Part shown: positions 11,087 to 21,700 of the stretch, piece by piece
Layout: every line of letters begins with the position of its first letter
Numbering within the stretch: position 1 is the stretch's first letter
Source of the DNA: Geopsychrobacteraceae bacterium
GTDB lineage: Bacteria; Desulfobacterota; Desulfuromonadia; Desulfuromonadales; Geopsychrobacteraceae
NCBI GenBank assembly: GCA_963662315.1
Contig: OY759353.1
Span: 1,248,001 to 1,312,000 of the forward strand
Reading direction: 5' to 3'
DNA: 64,000 bases
The notes under the pieces: model-generated
What the model was told of the DNA's origin: nothing
The model's database searches: none
Seen by the model: only the letters and a program-made list of their open reading frames with translations
Translations under genes and position numbers: made by a program

Positions 11087-11506
11087 TTACATCCTGAATT
11101 TTTGTGAAGCCTGATCAAAATGACTAAAGTCAATCTGCCATGGGTCACCAGAATAATCGTCTGAAGAAAGTTTCTGAGCCGAATGATAGAACCATTGCTG
11201 CCCATCGCGCAGAACCAGTGCCAGTTCATAAAAGAACTGTTCAATGCCATCACAAGATAGCTGCATGGCAATTAAACACTCTGCCTGGTTAGCAGACAAC
11301 TCCCGGAATTTTAAAAACTGCCAGTTCTTTACCTCAATAGCCGCCAACTGAGCTTTGGCAAAACGCACATACTCATGACTGGTGGTAAAATTTTCCCTAA
11401 ACGGTGCCGATTGATGATAACTTCGATAAACGGCCTCATAGCAACCGTTGCCAAGATTAGCGAAGCGCTCAGTCCAGAAGTGTTCCAAAGATATTCTTGT
11501 TACCAT
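11087..11506 (-). CDS. Hypothetical protein, possibly YchJ/NTF2-like
   Basis: Fills the gap between oppC and mutM; YELALVLRDGQQWFY recalls the YchJ C-terminal motif; no SEC-C cysteine cluster. Confidence 0.6.
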   Translation of the reverse strand: MVTRISLEHFWTERFANLGNGCYEAVYRSYHQSAPFRENFTTSHEYVRFAKAQLAAIEVKNWQFLKFRELSANQAECLIAMQLSCDGIEQFFYELALVLRDGQQWFYHSAQKLSSDDYSGDPWQIDFSHFDQASQKFRM

Positions 11507-12361
11507 TTATTCTCCCAATCGGGGGTCGAGGGCATCACGAATCCCCTCTCCTAACAGGTTGTAGCCTAAAACAGTGATCAAAATAGCCAGACCAGGGAAC
11601 ACCGATAACCACCAGGCACTCCCCAAAGTCTGCTTTCCGACAATCAACATATTACCCCAGGACGGAGTTGGGGGCTGAACACCGATGCCTAAAAATGAAA
11701 GAGCACTTTCCGTAAGAATAGCGCCGGCAACGCCAAGAGTTGCCGAAACCAGCACCGGAGACAGAGCATTAGGTAAAATATGGCAGAAAATCAAACGTGA
11801 ATCAGAAGCACCAAGAGCTTTGGCAGCCTGAACAAAATCACGTTGACGCAGACTGAGAAACTCTGCGCGCACCAGACGCGCCACCCCCATCCAGCTGGTT
11901 AAACCAATAACAATCATAATATTCCAGATCGAAGGATCCAGAAACGCGATTACCGCAAGAATCAGAAAAAAAGTGGGAAAACAGAGCATAATGTCGACAA
12001 AACGCATTAGTAAAGTATCGACCCAGCCACCGTAAAAACCGGCCACTGCCCCGAGGACAATACCAATAAGGGTCGATATGCCAACCGCAACAAATCCGAC
12101 AAGCAGGGAAATTCTGGCACCATAAAGCATACGCAGCAAGACATCGCGCCCAAGGTCATCGGTGCCGAGAAAATACTCCCAACTTGGGGGTAACAGACTT
12201 TTTTTAATATTAATTGCGGCGGGATCTCCGGCAATAAAGGAGGCCAGAGCAGCCATCATAAACATTAGCAAAACAATGGCGGCTCCTGTCATCGCCATCC
12301 GGTTATGTTTTAACCTTTGCCAGACGACATCCCTCACAAAACGACCGTGGACATCACTCAT
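11507..12361 (-). CDS. Peptide/nickel ABC transporter permease (OppC/DppC family)
   Basis: LGTDDLGRD, ESALSFLGIG, SWGNM, DALDPR; ATG at 12361 (TTG at 12373 is an alternative). Confidence 0.93.
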   Translation of the reverse strand: MSDVHGRFVRDVVWQRLKHNRMAMTGAAIVLLMFMMAALASFIAGDPAAINIKKSLLPPSWEYFLGTDDLGRDVLLRMLYGARISLLVGFVAVGISTLIGIVLGAVAGFYGGWVDTLLMRFVDIMLCFPTFFLILAVIAFLDPSIWNIMIVIGLTSWMGVARLVRAEFLSLRQRDFVQAAKALGASDSRLIFCHILPNALSPVLVSATLGVAGAILTESALSFLGIGVQPPTPSWGNMLIVGKQTLGSAWWLSVFPGLAILITVLGYNLLGEGIRDALDPRLGE

Positions 12362-12365
12362 ATCA

Positions 12366-12983
12366 TCAACCAAGCTTTATTTTCTCAACATCATAGGCAC
12401 TCAGTATGCCCTTCTGCTGCAACACATCAATCAAGCGCTCAAGACGGGGATCTTGAGTGTCAACAGTAGAAAGATCGCCCCGATGAAAGTTGTCCATGTC
12501 TGTTCCAGCAAAATCAGCTACCGGTTCAGGTGCCTGAACCTTAGGCATATTGCTACGAATTGCCTGCAGTATCTCATCCTCACTGGCCAGTACCGGTAAT
12601 ATCCGGCAGCCGGTCGTAAACTGCAGAGTGTCAATCAGATCAACCCGTGTTGGGTCAGACATAGCAACCCGCATGGTCTTCTCTTGGTTAATCGTTTTAA
12701 CTTCAACTGGTACAACGCCAAGCTTCAGCATCTTATCAAACGATAATAGCTGAGTAATTTCCTCAGAAAGAATGATGTCTTCCAGAGGAATACGAGCATA
12801 TTTTTCCTGAACTTCGAGATACTCCAGAATCGTCGCTTCAGGCAAATAACCAAGCTTGACCAGAGCGCTGCCGATCTGCCCCCCCAGGTTGCGCTGCAGG
12901 GACAACGCTGACTCAAGTTGAAATTGATCTATCAGACCAGCCTCAAGCAGCATCTCTCCTAATCGGTTCGCATTCAATTCCAT
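12366..12983 (-). CDS. Stand-alone MshEN/GspE N-terminal-domain protein (putative c-di-GMP receptor)
   Basis: RLGEMLLEAGLIDQFQLESALSLQ fits the MshEN motif; VAMSDP of the GspE N-domain; no ATPase domain. Confidence 0.85.
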   Translation of the reverse strand: MELNANRLGEMLLEAGLIDQFQLESALSLQRNLGGQIGSALVKLGYLPEATILEYLEVQEKYARIPLEDIILSEEITQLLSFDKMLKLGVVPVEVKTINQEKTMRVAMSDPTRVDLIDTLQFTTGCRILPVLASEDEILQAIRSNMPKVQAPEPVADFAGTDMDNFHRGDLSTVDTQDPRLERLIDVLQQKGILSAYDVEKIKLG

Positions 12984-13002
12984 AATCTCCTCTTTCAGTG
13001 AA

Positions 13003-13995
13003 TCAGGACGACTGCCCTTGCTGCCCCTGACGAATGCGCGGATCAGCTAAAGCATAACAGATATCAGCCAGCAAATTCCCCAATAGAGTCAAAACCGCCC
13101 CCACAACAAGAATACCCATAATTAATGGATAATCGCGCATCATGACACCATCATAAAATAATTTCCCCATACCGGGGATTGCAAAAATTGTTTCAAAAAT
13201 CACGCTACCGCCAATCAGCCCTGGAATGGAAAGCCCAAGGATGGTAATAACCGGCAACAGGGCATTACGTAAGGCGTGCTTATAGATGACTGTTCGTTCA
13301 GACAAGCCTTTTGCACGGGCAGTGAGGATATAGTCCTGCCTGATGACTTCAAGCATATTGGAACGCATGTAGCGGGAAAAACCGGCGACACCACCAATTG
13401 CAGAAATAAAAACCGGCAGCACCAAATGGCTGATACGATCAATAATCTGCGCCCCCACACCGAGATATTCATACCCCAGAGACTTGAGTCCGGAAACAGG
13501 CAGAAAACCCAGCCGGACCCCAAACCAATCCATCATCAACAGTGCCAGCCAGAAAGATGGCATGGCGAAACCGGTAAAAACCAGAATGGTTGTCGTTCGG
13601 TCAAAACCGCTATTGCGCCTGACTGCCGACATGACTCCAAGGGGTACCGAGATGCCAAGAATAACCACAATTGACATCAGGTTCAGCATAATAGTCACCG
13701 GTAACCGTTCCAGGACCTTATCCAGAACCGGTCTGCGGTCGGTCGCGAACGATTCGCCGAAGTCAAGCTGCAACAACCGGCCTAACCAGGTACCATATTG
13801 AACATACAGAGGCTGATCCAAGCCATACTGCACCCGCAGCCGATCCTGCAATTCAGAACTGGCCTGAGGGTTCAGTTGCGTTTGAATATCTGTAGGCTCT
13901 CCAGGCGCAAGGTGAATAACGACAAAAGAAATCAACGTAATCCCCAACAACAGAGGGACCAGCATAACCAGACGTTTGGTAATATAGCTCAGCAT
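13003..13995 (-). CDS. Peptide/nickel ABC transporter permease (OppB/DppB family)
   Basis: Start MLSYITKRL at 13995; [29 protein letters not shown]. Confidence 0.94.
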   Translation of the reverse strand: MLSYITKRLVMLVPLLLGITLISFVVIHLAPGEPTDIQTQLNPQASSELQDRLRVQYGLDQPLYVQYGTWLGRLLQLDFGESFATDRRPVLDKVLERLPVTIMLNLMSIVVILGISVPLGVMSAVRRNSGFDRTTTILVFTGFAMPSFWLALLMMDWFGVRLGFLPVSGLKSLGYEYLGVGAQIIDRISHLVLPVFISAIGGVAGFSRYMRSNMLEVIRQDYILTARAKGLSERTVIYKHALRNALLPVITILGLSIPGLIGGSVIFETIFAIPGMGKLFYDGVMMRDYPLIMGILVVGAVLTLLGNLLADICYALADPRIRQGQQGQSS

Positions 13996-13999
13996 ATTT

Positions 14000-15625
14000 T
14001 TACCTGGCGTATTTCTGTTCAGACTCAGGAACGTACCACTTGATAAAGTTGTAGCGAATTCCGGCTGCTGCAGGTTCAATCCCACGAAAACGTTTAGATA
14101 CTGCGGGCAAGGCCTTACCAATGTACAAAAAGGTATACGGCTGTTCTTCGGCCAGTATTTCCTGGAACCGGTCATAACAGGCTTTGCGCTGATCCTGATC
14201 AAAGACACGTCGCCCCTTCTCTAGCAAAGCATCGACCTCACTGTTTTCAAATCCGATAAAGTTGAGTTGCCCCGGAGCGGTTTTACTTGAATGCCAAACA
14301 CTGTACTGATCCGGTTCAGGTCCGCCTGACCAAGCAAGGATGGTCGCATCGAAATTACCTGGATTGATAAATTCTTTAAGAAAAGTAGCCCATTCGACAA
14401 TTCGCAACTTCACATCAATACCAACCTCACGAAATCGCTGCTGGACAATCTCACCGGTTTTGGAGCGCAAGTCATTGCCCTGGTTGGTAACAATAGTAAA
14501 AGCAAAATTCTGACCATCTTTCTCACGGATACCATCACCATTCGTATCAATCCAGCCTGCATCCCTCAGCAGCTGTCTTGCTCTTTCAGGATTATAGTCA
14601 TAGCGCCTGACATTGGCATTATAAACCCAGGAGTCGGGTTTATAAGGTCCTGTAGCCGCAACGCCATAGCCAAGCAGCACACCATCAATTATCTCCTGTT
14701 TATTGATGGCGTATGACAGGGCCTGCCGCACGCGTTTATCCTGAAACAGGGGGCGTCTTAAATTATAGCCCAGATACGTGTAGCCAAAGCTCAAGTAGCT
14801 GTATTTGTTGTAGAGGCGACGAAATGCCGGGGTATCTGTTTGCCGGTCATATTGCAAGGGGGACAGGCCCATAAAATCAAGGCTACCTGTCTGCAATTCC
14901 AGAAATTGGGTAGAAATGTCAGGAATAACCCTGATGACAACCCGCCTGATGTTAGGCTGTCCTTCAAAATAATCGGGATTTGCCTCCAGAACAATCTTCT
15001 CGCCGCCGATCCACTCCTTGAAAACATAAGGGCCGGTACCTACCGGCTGGCGGGCCAGCTTACTTTTAGTAACATCCTGCCCGGCCAGAAGATGTTGTGG
15101 ATGCACCGGCATTCCCCAGCTCAACAATGCGGGTGCATAGGGTTTATCATAATGAACGATGAAAGTATAAGGATCAGGAGTTTCGACACTTTTAACCTGA
15201 CGAAACGACTCCGCATAGGCTGTTGGCGTTTTTGGATCAATATAAAGTTCATAATTAAACCTGACATCAGCAGATGTAAATGGCTCGCCATCATGCCAGA
15301 GAACGTTTTTCCGTAAATGAAAGGTAATCGTCAGATTGTCAGTTGAAACCTCCCAGGACTCGGCAAGTTCACCCTCCAGCTTTAGATCCTTATCGTAACG
15401 GATCAAACCATTATAGATCAGACCGTTGACATCACTTGATGCAGAATCAGAGGCCAAAACCGGCAGAAGCGTATTGGCATCGCCAATGGAGGCTTCAATA
15501 AAAGTATCGCCGAAAACCGCTTTATTGGTGTTATCAAGTCCCGGATCAGTAGGCGCACGATCCTGACAGGCCGTCAACAAAAGAACAGCTGGGATCGCTA
15601 AAAGAACCAACAAGCGTTTAATCAT
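14000..15625 (-). CDS. Peptide ABC transporter substrate-binding lipoprotein (family 5, OppA/AppA-like)
   Basis: Lipobox [38 protein letters not shown]; start may be 15625 or 15649. Confidence 0.93.
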   Translation of the reverse strand: MIKRLLVLLAIPAVLLLTACQDRAPTDPGLDNTNKAVFGDTFIEASIGDANTLLPVLASDSASSDVNGLIYNGLIRYDKDLKLEGELAESWEVSTDNLTITFHLRKNVLWHDGEPFTSADVRFNYELYIDPKTPTAYAESFRQVKSVETPDPYTFIVHYDKPYAPALLSWGMPVHPQHLLAGQDVTKSKLARQPVGTGPYVFKEWIGGEKIVLEANPDYFEGQPNIRRVVIRVIPDISTQFLELQTGSLDFMGLSPLQYDRQTDTPAFRRLYNKYSYLSFGYTYLGYNLRRPLFQDKRVRQALSYAINKQEIIDGVLLGYGVAATGPYKPDSWVYNANVRRYDYNPERARQLLRDAGWIDTNGDGIREKDGQNFAFTIVTNQGNDLRSKTGEIVQQRFREVGIDVKLRIVEWATFLKEFINPGNFDATILAWSGGPEPDQYSVWHSSKTAPGQLNFIGFENSEVDALLEKGRRVFDQDQRKACYDRFQEILAEEQPYTFLYIGKALPAVSKRFRGIEPAAAGIRYNFIKWYVPESEQKYAR

Positions 15626-15651
15626 GAATGAGGTTTTGTTGCACATCATAG

Positions 15652-16413
15652 TTACAGTGTTTCTATAAGGGCCCCTTGCGGAGCGGATATCCTGAATTGA
15701 TCATCAGCTATTTCGGCGTTGATTGAAGGCTGTACCATCGCCACAGTAAGATGCATCAGTCGGCCCGGAACCTCAATCTTTAAAAGCTTGGGAAAATTAT
15801 GTTGGGTATTGAAATTTGCATAGTTGACTTGAAGTTGCAGATCCTTGTCCCAGTAATAACGAGACTCGATCATGCGTAATGCGGGATCAAAAACAATTTC
15901 CTGCCGGTAAGCATCATGAAACAACCTGAGCACCAGCATATCATCCTGTGCAGCCACATTTGCCCTGTTGTAATCAATCAACGGTGGTGCATACAGGAGA
16001 AATGAAACTAAATCCTTTATTTCCAAGGGAATCCTGACAAACCGGGAGAGATTTTCCTGCGTTGCAGGTCCCTGATAATACTTTCCCGGCACCGTTGTAT
16101 TCAGATAAGCGCTAAGGTAATCATTATCGATGGCAACCTGCATGATCAGCTGCCCGAACCCTGTCAATACATCAGCACGCAAACGAGCCGGCTTTTGTGC
16201 TAACAGAAACTGTTCGGTAGAAACATATTTACCTTCAAGATTCACCGACACATGAGCTTCGGTATCAACACTCTGACGACTTTCTGCTGCAAAGTGCAGC
16301 CGCTCCAGCAGACTTTCTGCCGTCGGCAAATCTGTCCAGACCTTGGGAACTGGACGGCCACATCCGCCAAGCAGGGCCAAGCAGACAACAAATATGGCGA
16401 TCTGAATTTTCAT
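15652..16413 (-). CDS. Outer-membrane lipoprotein, probable LolA/LolB-like fold
   Basis: Lipobox LGGC; beta-rich 'PARLRADVLTGFGQ' and 'FPKLLKIE' segments; overlaps the TPR gene by 4 nt. Confidence 0.65.
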   Translation of the reverse strand: MKIQIAIFVVCLALLGGCGRPVPKVWTDLPTAESLLERLHFAAESRQSVDTEAHVSVNLEGKYVSTEQFLLAQKPARLRADVLTGFGQLIMQVAIDNDYLSAYLNTTVPGKYYQGPATQENLSRFVRIPLEIKDLVSFLLYAPPLIDYNRANVAAQDDMLVLRLFHDAYRQEIVFDPALRMIESRYYWDKDLQLQVNYANFNTQHNFPKLLKIEVPGRLMHLTVAMVQPSINAEIADDQFRISAPQGALIETL

Positions 16414-18158
16414 CTATGTTTCTCCACCTGAAGCAGCTTGTCAGCAACGCCACTGGCATCGGCATTAAGCTTGAGGACTTTCTGATACGCCTTTGCTGCA
16501 TTATCCCATAGTTGCATAGCCATGTATAAATCACCAAGATGCTCAGTTATGACCGGATCATCGGGATAGAGACGTCCAGCTTCTTCCAATTGCTCACGGC
16601 TTTCTTCATAACGCCCGAGCTTAAAATAAATCCAGCCCAGAGTATCGATAATATAGCCGCTATTTTTAACAGCAAGAGCATGCTTGGCTCGAACCAGAGC
16701 CAGTTCAAGATCCCGTTCCTCCTCCGCCTGCTGGTAAGCAAGAAAGTTTAGCGCATCAGCATGATCCTGATTTAAAATAAGGAGTTGTTCCATGACCTGA
16801 ACGGCCTCCGCCCTGAGCCCCTGTTTTTCGTAAAGCACTCCCAGTTGATACAATAACCGTTCATCTTTGGGATATTTACTGACCGCCTCACGGGCGTAGT
16901 TTACGGCCTCAGATAGACTCCCGCTATCACCCAGTAATGCAACCAGATAATAATAAGTAGCTTCTTCATAGGTCCCGGACTTCAAACTATCCATCAAGAT
17001 ATTCATGGCGCTCGCGGTATCGCCTTGATCATTATAAAGATATGCCAGCTGCAACATGGCTTGATTGAATACCTCAGACTGGGCCGAAACCTGCTTCAAT
17101 GTTTTTATCGCCTCGTCGTTATGCCCCTGCCCAGCCAGGGCCAGGGCCAGATAATAGCGGTTCCGGTCAGGCTGAACATTCCTGTTCAGTAAGGACTGAA
17201 ATTCCTTTTCAGCGGAAGTCCAGTTATGAAGCTCCAGCTGCAATAGGCCAATCTGGGCAACAACCTGAGTATCATCCGGGCGTTCCCAGCGAATTTCCTG
17301 CAATTGGGCCAAAGCCGGTTCAAATTGCTGTTTGCTCAGATAATACGCGACCATCTGTTGGCGGATGTAGCTGGCACGCGGGTTTTCGGCAAGAAAGGTC
17401 TGATAGAAATTCAGAGCGCCCTCTGAATCTTCAGCCTCCAGGATTTTTCCATATTCCAGAGCAGCCTGAATATTACTTGGATTGCGTTGAAGAACATTAC
17501 GAATCTCTTTAAGAGCAAGCTTTTTCTGTCCTGAGTCCGCATAAATTCTGGCCAAAGCTAAACGGGCAACATCGAAATCAGGATTTTTTCCCAGCACCTC
17601 GCCAAGCAGCGAGGCCGCCTGATCATGTTGTTTCAGGCGCTCCAAAACCATGGCCAACCGGAATTTGATGTCGTTGCTCTCTGATCCGGCCATAAGTGCC
17701 CTTTGGTAATAATGGCGCGCAGCGTCCAGATCATTTTCCAGGTTGGCGATATCCCCCCGCAACTCAAGCCCCTCAACATTTTCGGGGGATTCTGCAATAA
17801 GTTTATCAAGGACTGCAAGAGCGTCCCCTGTCTTCTTTTCATGGAGATAGGATTTGGCCAGTAACAAGGGCAGATAAGTGGAATGAGGATCAAAGGTCAA
17901 GGCCCTTTCCAATGCAGCCACAGCGTCAGTCCAACGTTCTTCTGCAGCATAAAGGCGAAATTGACCGTAAGCAAATAACGCTTTTGCCTGCGGATCAGAA
18001 AGGTCTGACTGGTAATCTGAAGTCAGTGAAGCGTCCTGATAATCCACTTCTCGAGACGGGTGAACACAACCGGGCAGCGCCATGAGCAGAGTTAAAAACA
18101 AACAGATCAGCAGGCGCTGCGAGATGGACAAGTGAGATTTATAGATTGCGGTAGACAT
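16410..18158 (-). CDS. TPR-repeat lipoprotein (LbcA-like)
   Basis: Lipobox LPGC, many TPR units, ALNFLAY, IIDTLGWIYFKLG, EHLGDLY. Confidence 0.85.
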   Translation of the reverse strand: MSTAIYKSHLSISQRLLICLFLTLLMALPGCVHPSREVDYQDASLTSDYQSDLSDPQAKALFAYGQFRLYAAEERWTDAVAALERALTFDPHSTYLPLLLAKSYLHEKKTGDALAVLDKLIAESPENVEGLELRGDIANLENDLDAARHYYQRALMAGSESNDIKFRLAMVLERLKQHDQAASLLGEVLGKNPDFDVARLALARIYADSGQKKLALKEIRNVLQRNPSNIQAALEYGKILEAEDSEGALNFYQTFLAENPRASYIRQQMVAYYLSKQQFEPALAQLQEIRWERPDDTQVVAQIGLLQLELHNWTSAEKEFQSLLNRNVQPDRNRYYLALALAGQGHNDEAIKTLKQVSAQSEVFNQAMLQLAYLYNDQGDTASAMNILMDSLKSGTYEEATYYYLVALLGDSGSLSEAVNYAREAVSKYPKDERLLYQLGVLYEKQGLRAEAVQVMEQLLILNQDHADALNFLAYQQAEEERDLELALVRAKHALAVKNSGYIIDTLGWIYFKLGRYEESREQLEEAGRLYPDDPVITEHLGDLYMAMQLWDNAAKAYQKVLKLNADASGVADKLLQVEKHR

Positions 18159-18536
18159 TGGCGAAAAGACCTTGGATAAAGATAAAGTAACCGATAAGTA
18201 GCATAATCATTTCACAAGCGTCAAACTCTCGTCCTGAAACAAACACAGATTTGAACCGTATAGTTGATTTACAAGTATCTGTGTATTACGAAATCCAACA
18301 ATTATGATTGAATTTTACCGCAGTGGATATTAACCTGTCCATCTGTGAGTTGGCTACAGATCAATACTGAGAATTCGGCATTGTCTATACAACTCAGTAC
18401 CAGGTCAGGCTGATAGAATAAAAACGCTGTCAGTCCTCAATATTATGTAAAACCCGATACGACATTCCACCTCCTATTTAAATATCTGGAGGTTGCGAAT
18501 TAACATACGATTCCGGTGTTGACAGAGGTTAGCGGA

Positions 18537-18791
18537 ATGCATGACCCACATGAAAACCCGATCAAGGAAGCTTGGGTGCTTTGCGTAATCCTTGGCCTCA
18601 TCATGATCAATTTCCCTTTTATCCATATTTTTAATAACAGTCGCCCCGTATTTGGCATTCCCGGCCTGGTGCTTTACTTTTTTATCGGCTGGCCGGTATC
18701 CATTGTGGTTATTTGGCTGTTTGTTCATCAAATGGGCAAAAAAACCAGTTTCCAGGAAGATGACGCTGATGACGATGGAGACGAGCGATGA
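18537..18791 (+). CDS. Small two-helix membrane protein, probable accessory subunit of the downstream SLC5 sensor
   Basis: Two hydrophobic segments flanking PVFGIP, acidic tail, ATGA overlap with the next gene at 18788-18791. Confidence 0.75.
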   Translation: MHDPHENPIKEAWVLCVILGLIMINFPFIHIFNNSRPVFGIPGLVLYFFIGWPVSIVVIWLFVHQMGKKTSFQEDDADDDGDER

Positions 18792-21700
18792 CCGCTGCCA
18801 CATCCCAAGCAGCTCTGGTTCCGGCATCGACCGTCCTGCTCGTCTCGGTGGCATATTTTGTCATCCTGTTTCTGGTTGCCTACTATGCTGACAAAAGAAG
18901 ACAAGCAGGCCGCAGCCTGCTGAAGCATTCCCATATTTATTCCCTTTCGATTGCCGTTTACTGTACCAGCTGGACCTACTACGGCAGTGTCGGTCGTGCC
19001 GCAACAGGTGGCCTCGAATTCCTGCCGATCTACCTGGGACCGACATTAGTTGCTTTTACCTGGTGGTTTTTACTGCGTAAAATGATTTATGTCAGTAACA
19101 AGCAGAATATCACCAGCATTGCCGACTTCATCTCCAGTCGCTACGACCGATCAGCTTTGCTGGGAGCAATCGTCACCGTTTTCACTGTGCTCGGCATAAC
19201 ACCCTATATTGCTTTGCAATTAAAGGCGATTGCCAAAACCCTGGCGTTACTTTCGCAACCACTGACGACCACCTATCCGGTCATAACCAACTACACGCAA
19301 ATTTTACCTCACACCTTTGACACAGCCTTTTTCGTCACCCTCATGCTGGCCTTGTTCGCTATCCTGTTTGGAGCTCGTCACCTCGATTCTTCGGAGCGGC
19401 ATGAAGGTTTGGTCGTTGCCGTTGCGTTTGAATCCCTGGTGAAGCTCATTGCCTTTCTTGCAGTTGGGATCTTTGTCACCTATGGCCTGTTTGACGGGTT
19501 TGGTGATATTTTTCAGCAGTTTTTTAACCAGTTTCCAGAGCGCAAAGATCTCTTCAGCCTTGGAACCGAGCAGACCCCCTATACAAAATGGTTCACCCTG
19601 ATTGTCCTTTCCATGATGGCCATCATGTTTCTGCCCCGTCAGTTTCATATCATGGTCACTGAAAACGCCAACCCTCAACATATTAAGCAAGCCATGTGGC
19701 GTTTTCCGGCATACATGTTTCTGATCAATATTTTCGTTCTGCCAATTGCTCTCGGCGGACTGATCGTGAACGGTGGCGACACGTCTCAGGCAGACTATTT
19801 TGTCTTGACACTTCCTCTGTCCAGCGGCCAGCCCCTGCTTGCCCTGCTGGTCTTTATCGGCGGACTCTCCGCTTCGGCCGGCATGGTCATGGTCAGCGCC
19901 GTCGCAATCGCCACCATGATCCTCAATCACCTCTTCATGCCGGTAATTCTTAAAATCAATTTGCAAGTGCAGGACCTTTCAGGGATCCTGATCAACCTGA
20001 AACGCGTGCTTATCTTTGGCGTTGTTTTTCTGGGGTATTTTTATTTCAGGGTTATCGGCGATTCCTATGCGCTGGTGAATATCGGTCTTATCTCATTTAT
20101 GGCTGCCACCCAGTTCGCGCCGGCGATTATTGGTGGACTATACTGGCAAAGGGCCAACTGCAAGGCCGCTATCGGAGGCATAACCTCTGGAGCACTGGTC
20201 TGGTTTTACACCCTTCTCGTCCCTTCTTTCGTAAGATCCGGCTGGATTGATTCCGATATTCTACAGCTCGGCCCCTTCGGCCTGACGTTACTTAAACCAC
20301 TGGAACTATTTGGACTGAATGGTTTCGATATCTACACGCACTCCCTGTTCTGGAGTATGCTGATTAACCTTGGTACTTACCTTACCCTGTCATTTTTTAT
20401 CAAACCCTCCAAAACAGAAGCTCTACAGGCCCATCATTTCGTAGATACATCTACTGAATTATTATCCCTGCCCGGAGCCCTGAAACGGATCAGCAAAGCA
20501 CCGACAGTGATTGAATTTGTCGAGTTGATGTCAAAGTTTATTGGCGAGAAGCCCGCTCAATCGGCTATCAGTGATTTTTTGTCATCGCAGGAAATCGATT
20601 CACGCGGAGCCCTGCCCGACCACGAAATCCCCCACCTCAAGAGCTTTACCGAACGCACACTGGCAGGCTATGTCGGTGCGGCCCCGGCGCGTATTATCAT
20701 CGAAAACTACCTGTCGGCCCGAGGGAGTGAAATGGAAGACGTGTTCGATATTTTTGGCACTGTCACCATCAGCCATGCCGCCAGTCGTGAACAATTGAGC
20801 GTTTTGTATGATGCCGCCCAGATCGTTTCAAGCGGCGAGTCGCTACAAACAACCCTGGATAATATCCTCGAACTTCTTGCCGTACAATTTCGCTTTGATC
20901 TGTGTGTCATCCGCGTTCATGACCCTGAAACCGACAGCCTCTTCGTAAAAAGCCTGGTAGGTCAATCATCAGATCATTTCGGTGAATCTGAGCGTAACCT
21001 GAATGTAGAAACCTACATCGGCCAGTCGTTCGTATCCAACGCAACAATCGTCATCAACGATACTGAATACCTTGACAAACCGATATCCGCAAGAATTCTC
21101 AAACGTGAGCACATTACCTGCCTAGCCCATACGCCGATCACACTCGAAGGTGAACCCATTGGCGTGATGTCTGCTTTTTCCCGGACCGCCAAAGGGATAT
21201 TTACTCAGGAGTTTATTGCCCTGTTTGAAAACCTGGCTCGTCAGGTTGCCATTGCCTGGCGTAATGATCAGCAGCTACAGGAAGTCCTTAGAGTTAGGGA
21301 ACAGGAACGGGAAATGCAAATCGCAAAAGATATTCAGAATGGTCTGCTCCCGACCGATTTCCATAATCTGAAGGATATTGCGATTGCCGGGCTGTGCGTT
21401 CCTGCCCATCAGGTTGGAGGCGATTACTACGATTTCATCAAGCGTCCCCACAACATCTATGATCTGGTTATCGCCGATGTATCAGGCCACAATATCGGCT
21501 CAGCCCTGATCATGGCAGAAACCAGAACGTTTATTCACGCAAAGCTCAACGATATTGAACAGCCTGCTGATATGCTGGTCGCACTTAACGATTATTTTTT
21601 AAAAGATCTGGACCGATCAGAACTGTTCGTCACCATGTTCTATCTGCAATATCATCCGAAATTGCGCACCCTGACATTCAGCAACGCTGGGCACAATGCC

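Noticed and set aside
11083..11271. N-terminal extension of mutM in the ORF track (similarly oppB, rpsA, pheA, ihfB, mshE, mshN)
   Set aside because: Family-typical starts lie downstream (Fpg needs N-terminal MPELPE) and several extensions overlap neighbouring genes.
19304..19966. Long antisense ORFs (e.g. 19304-19966, 60320-61042, 27313-27831)
   Set aside because: They shadow well-supported genes on the opposite strand and carry no motifs.
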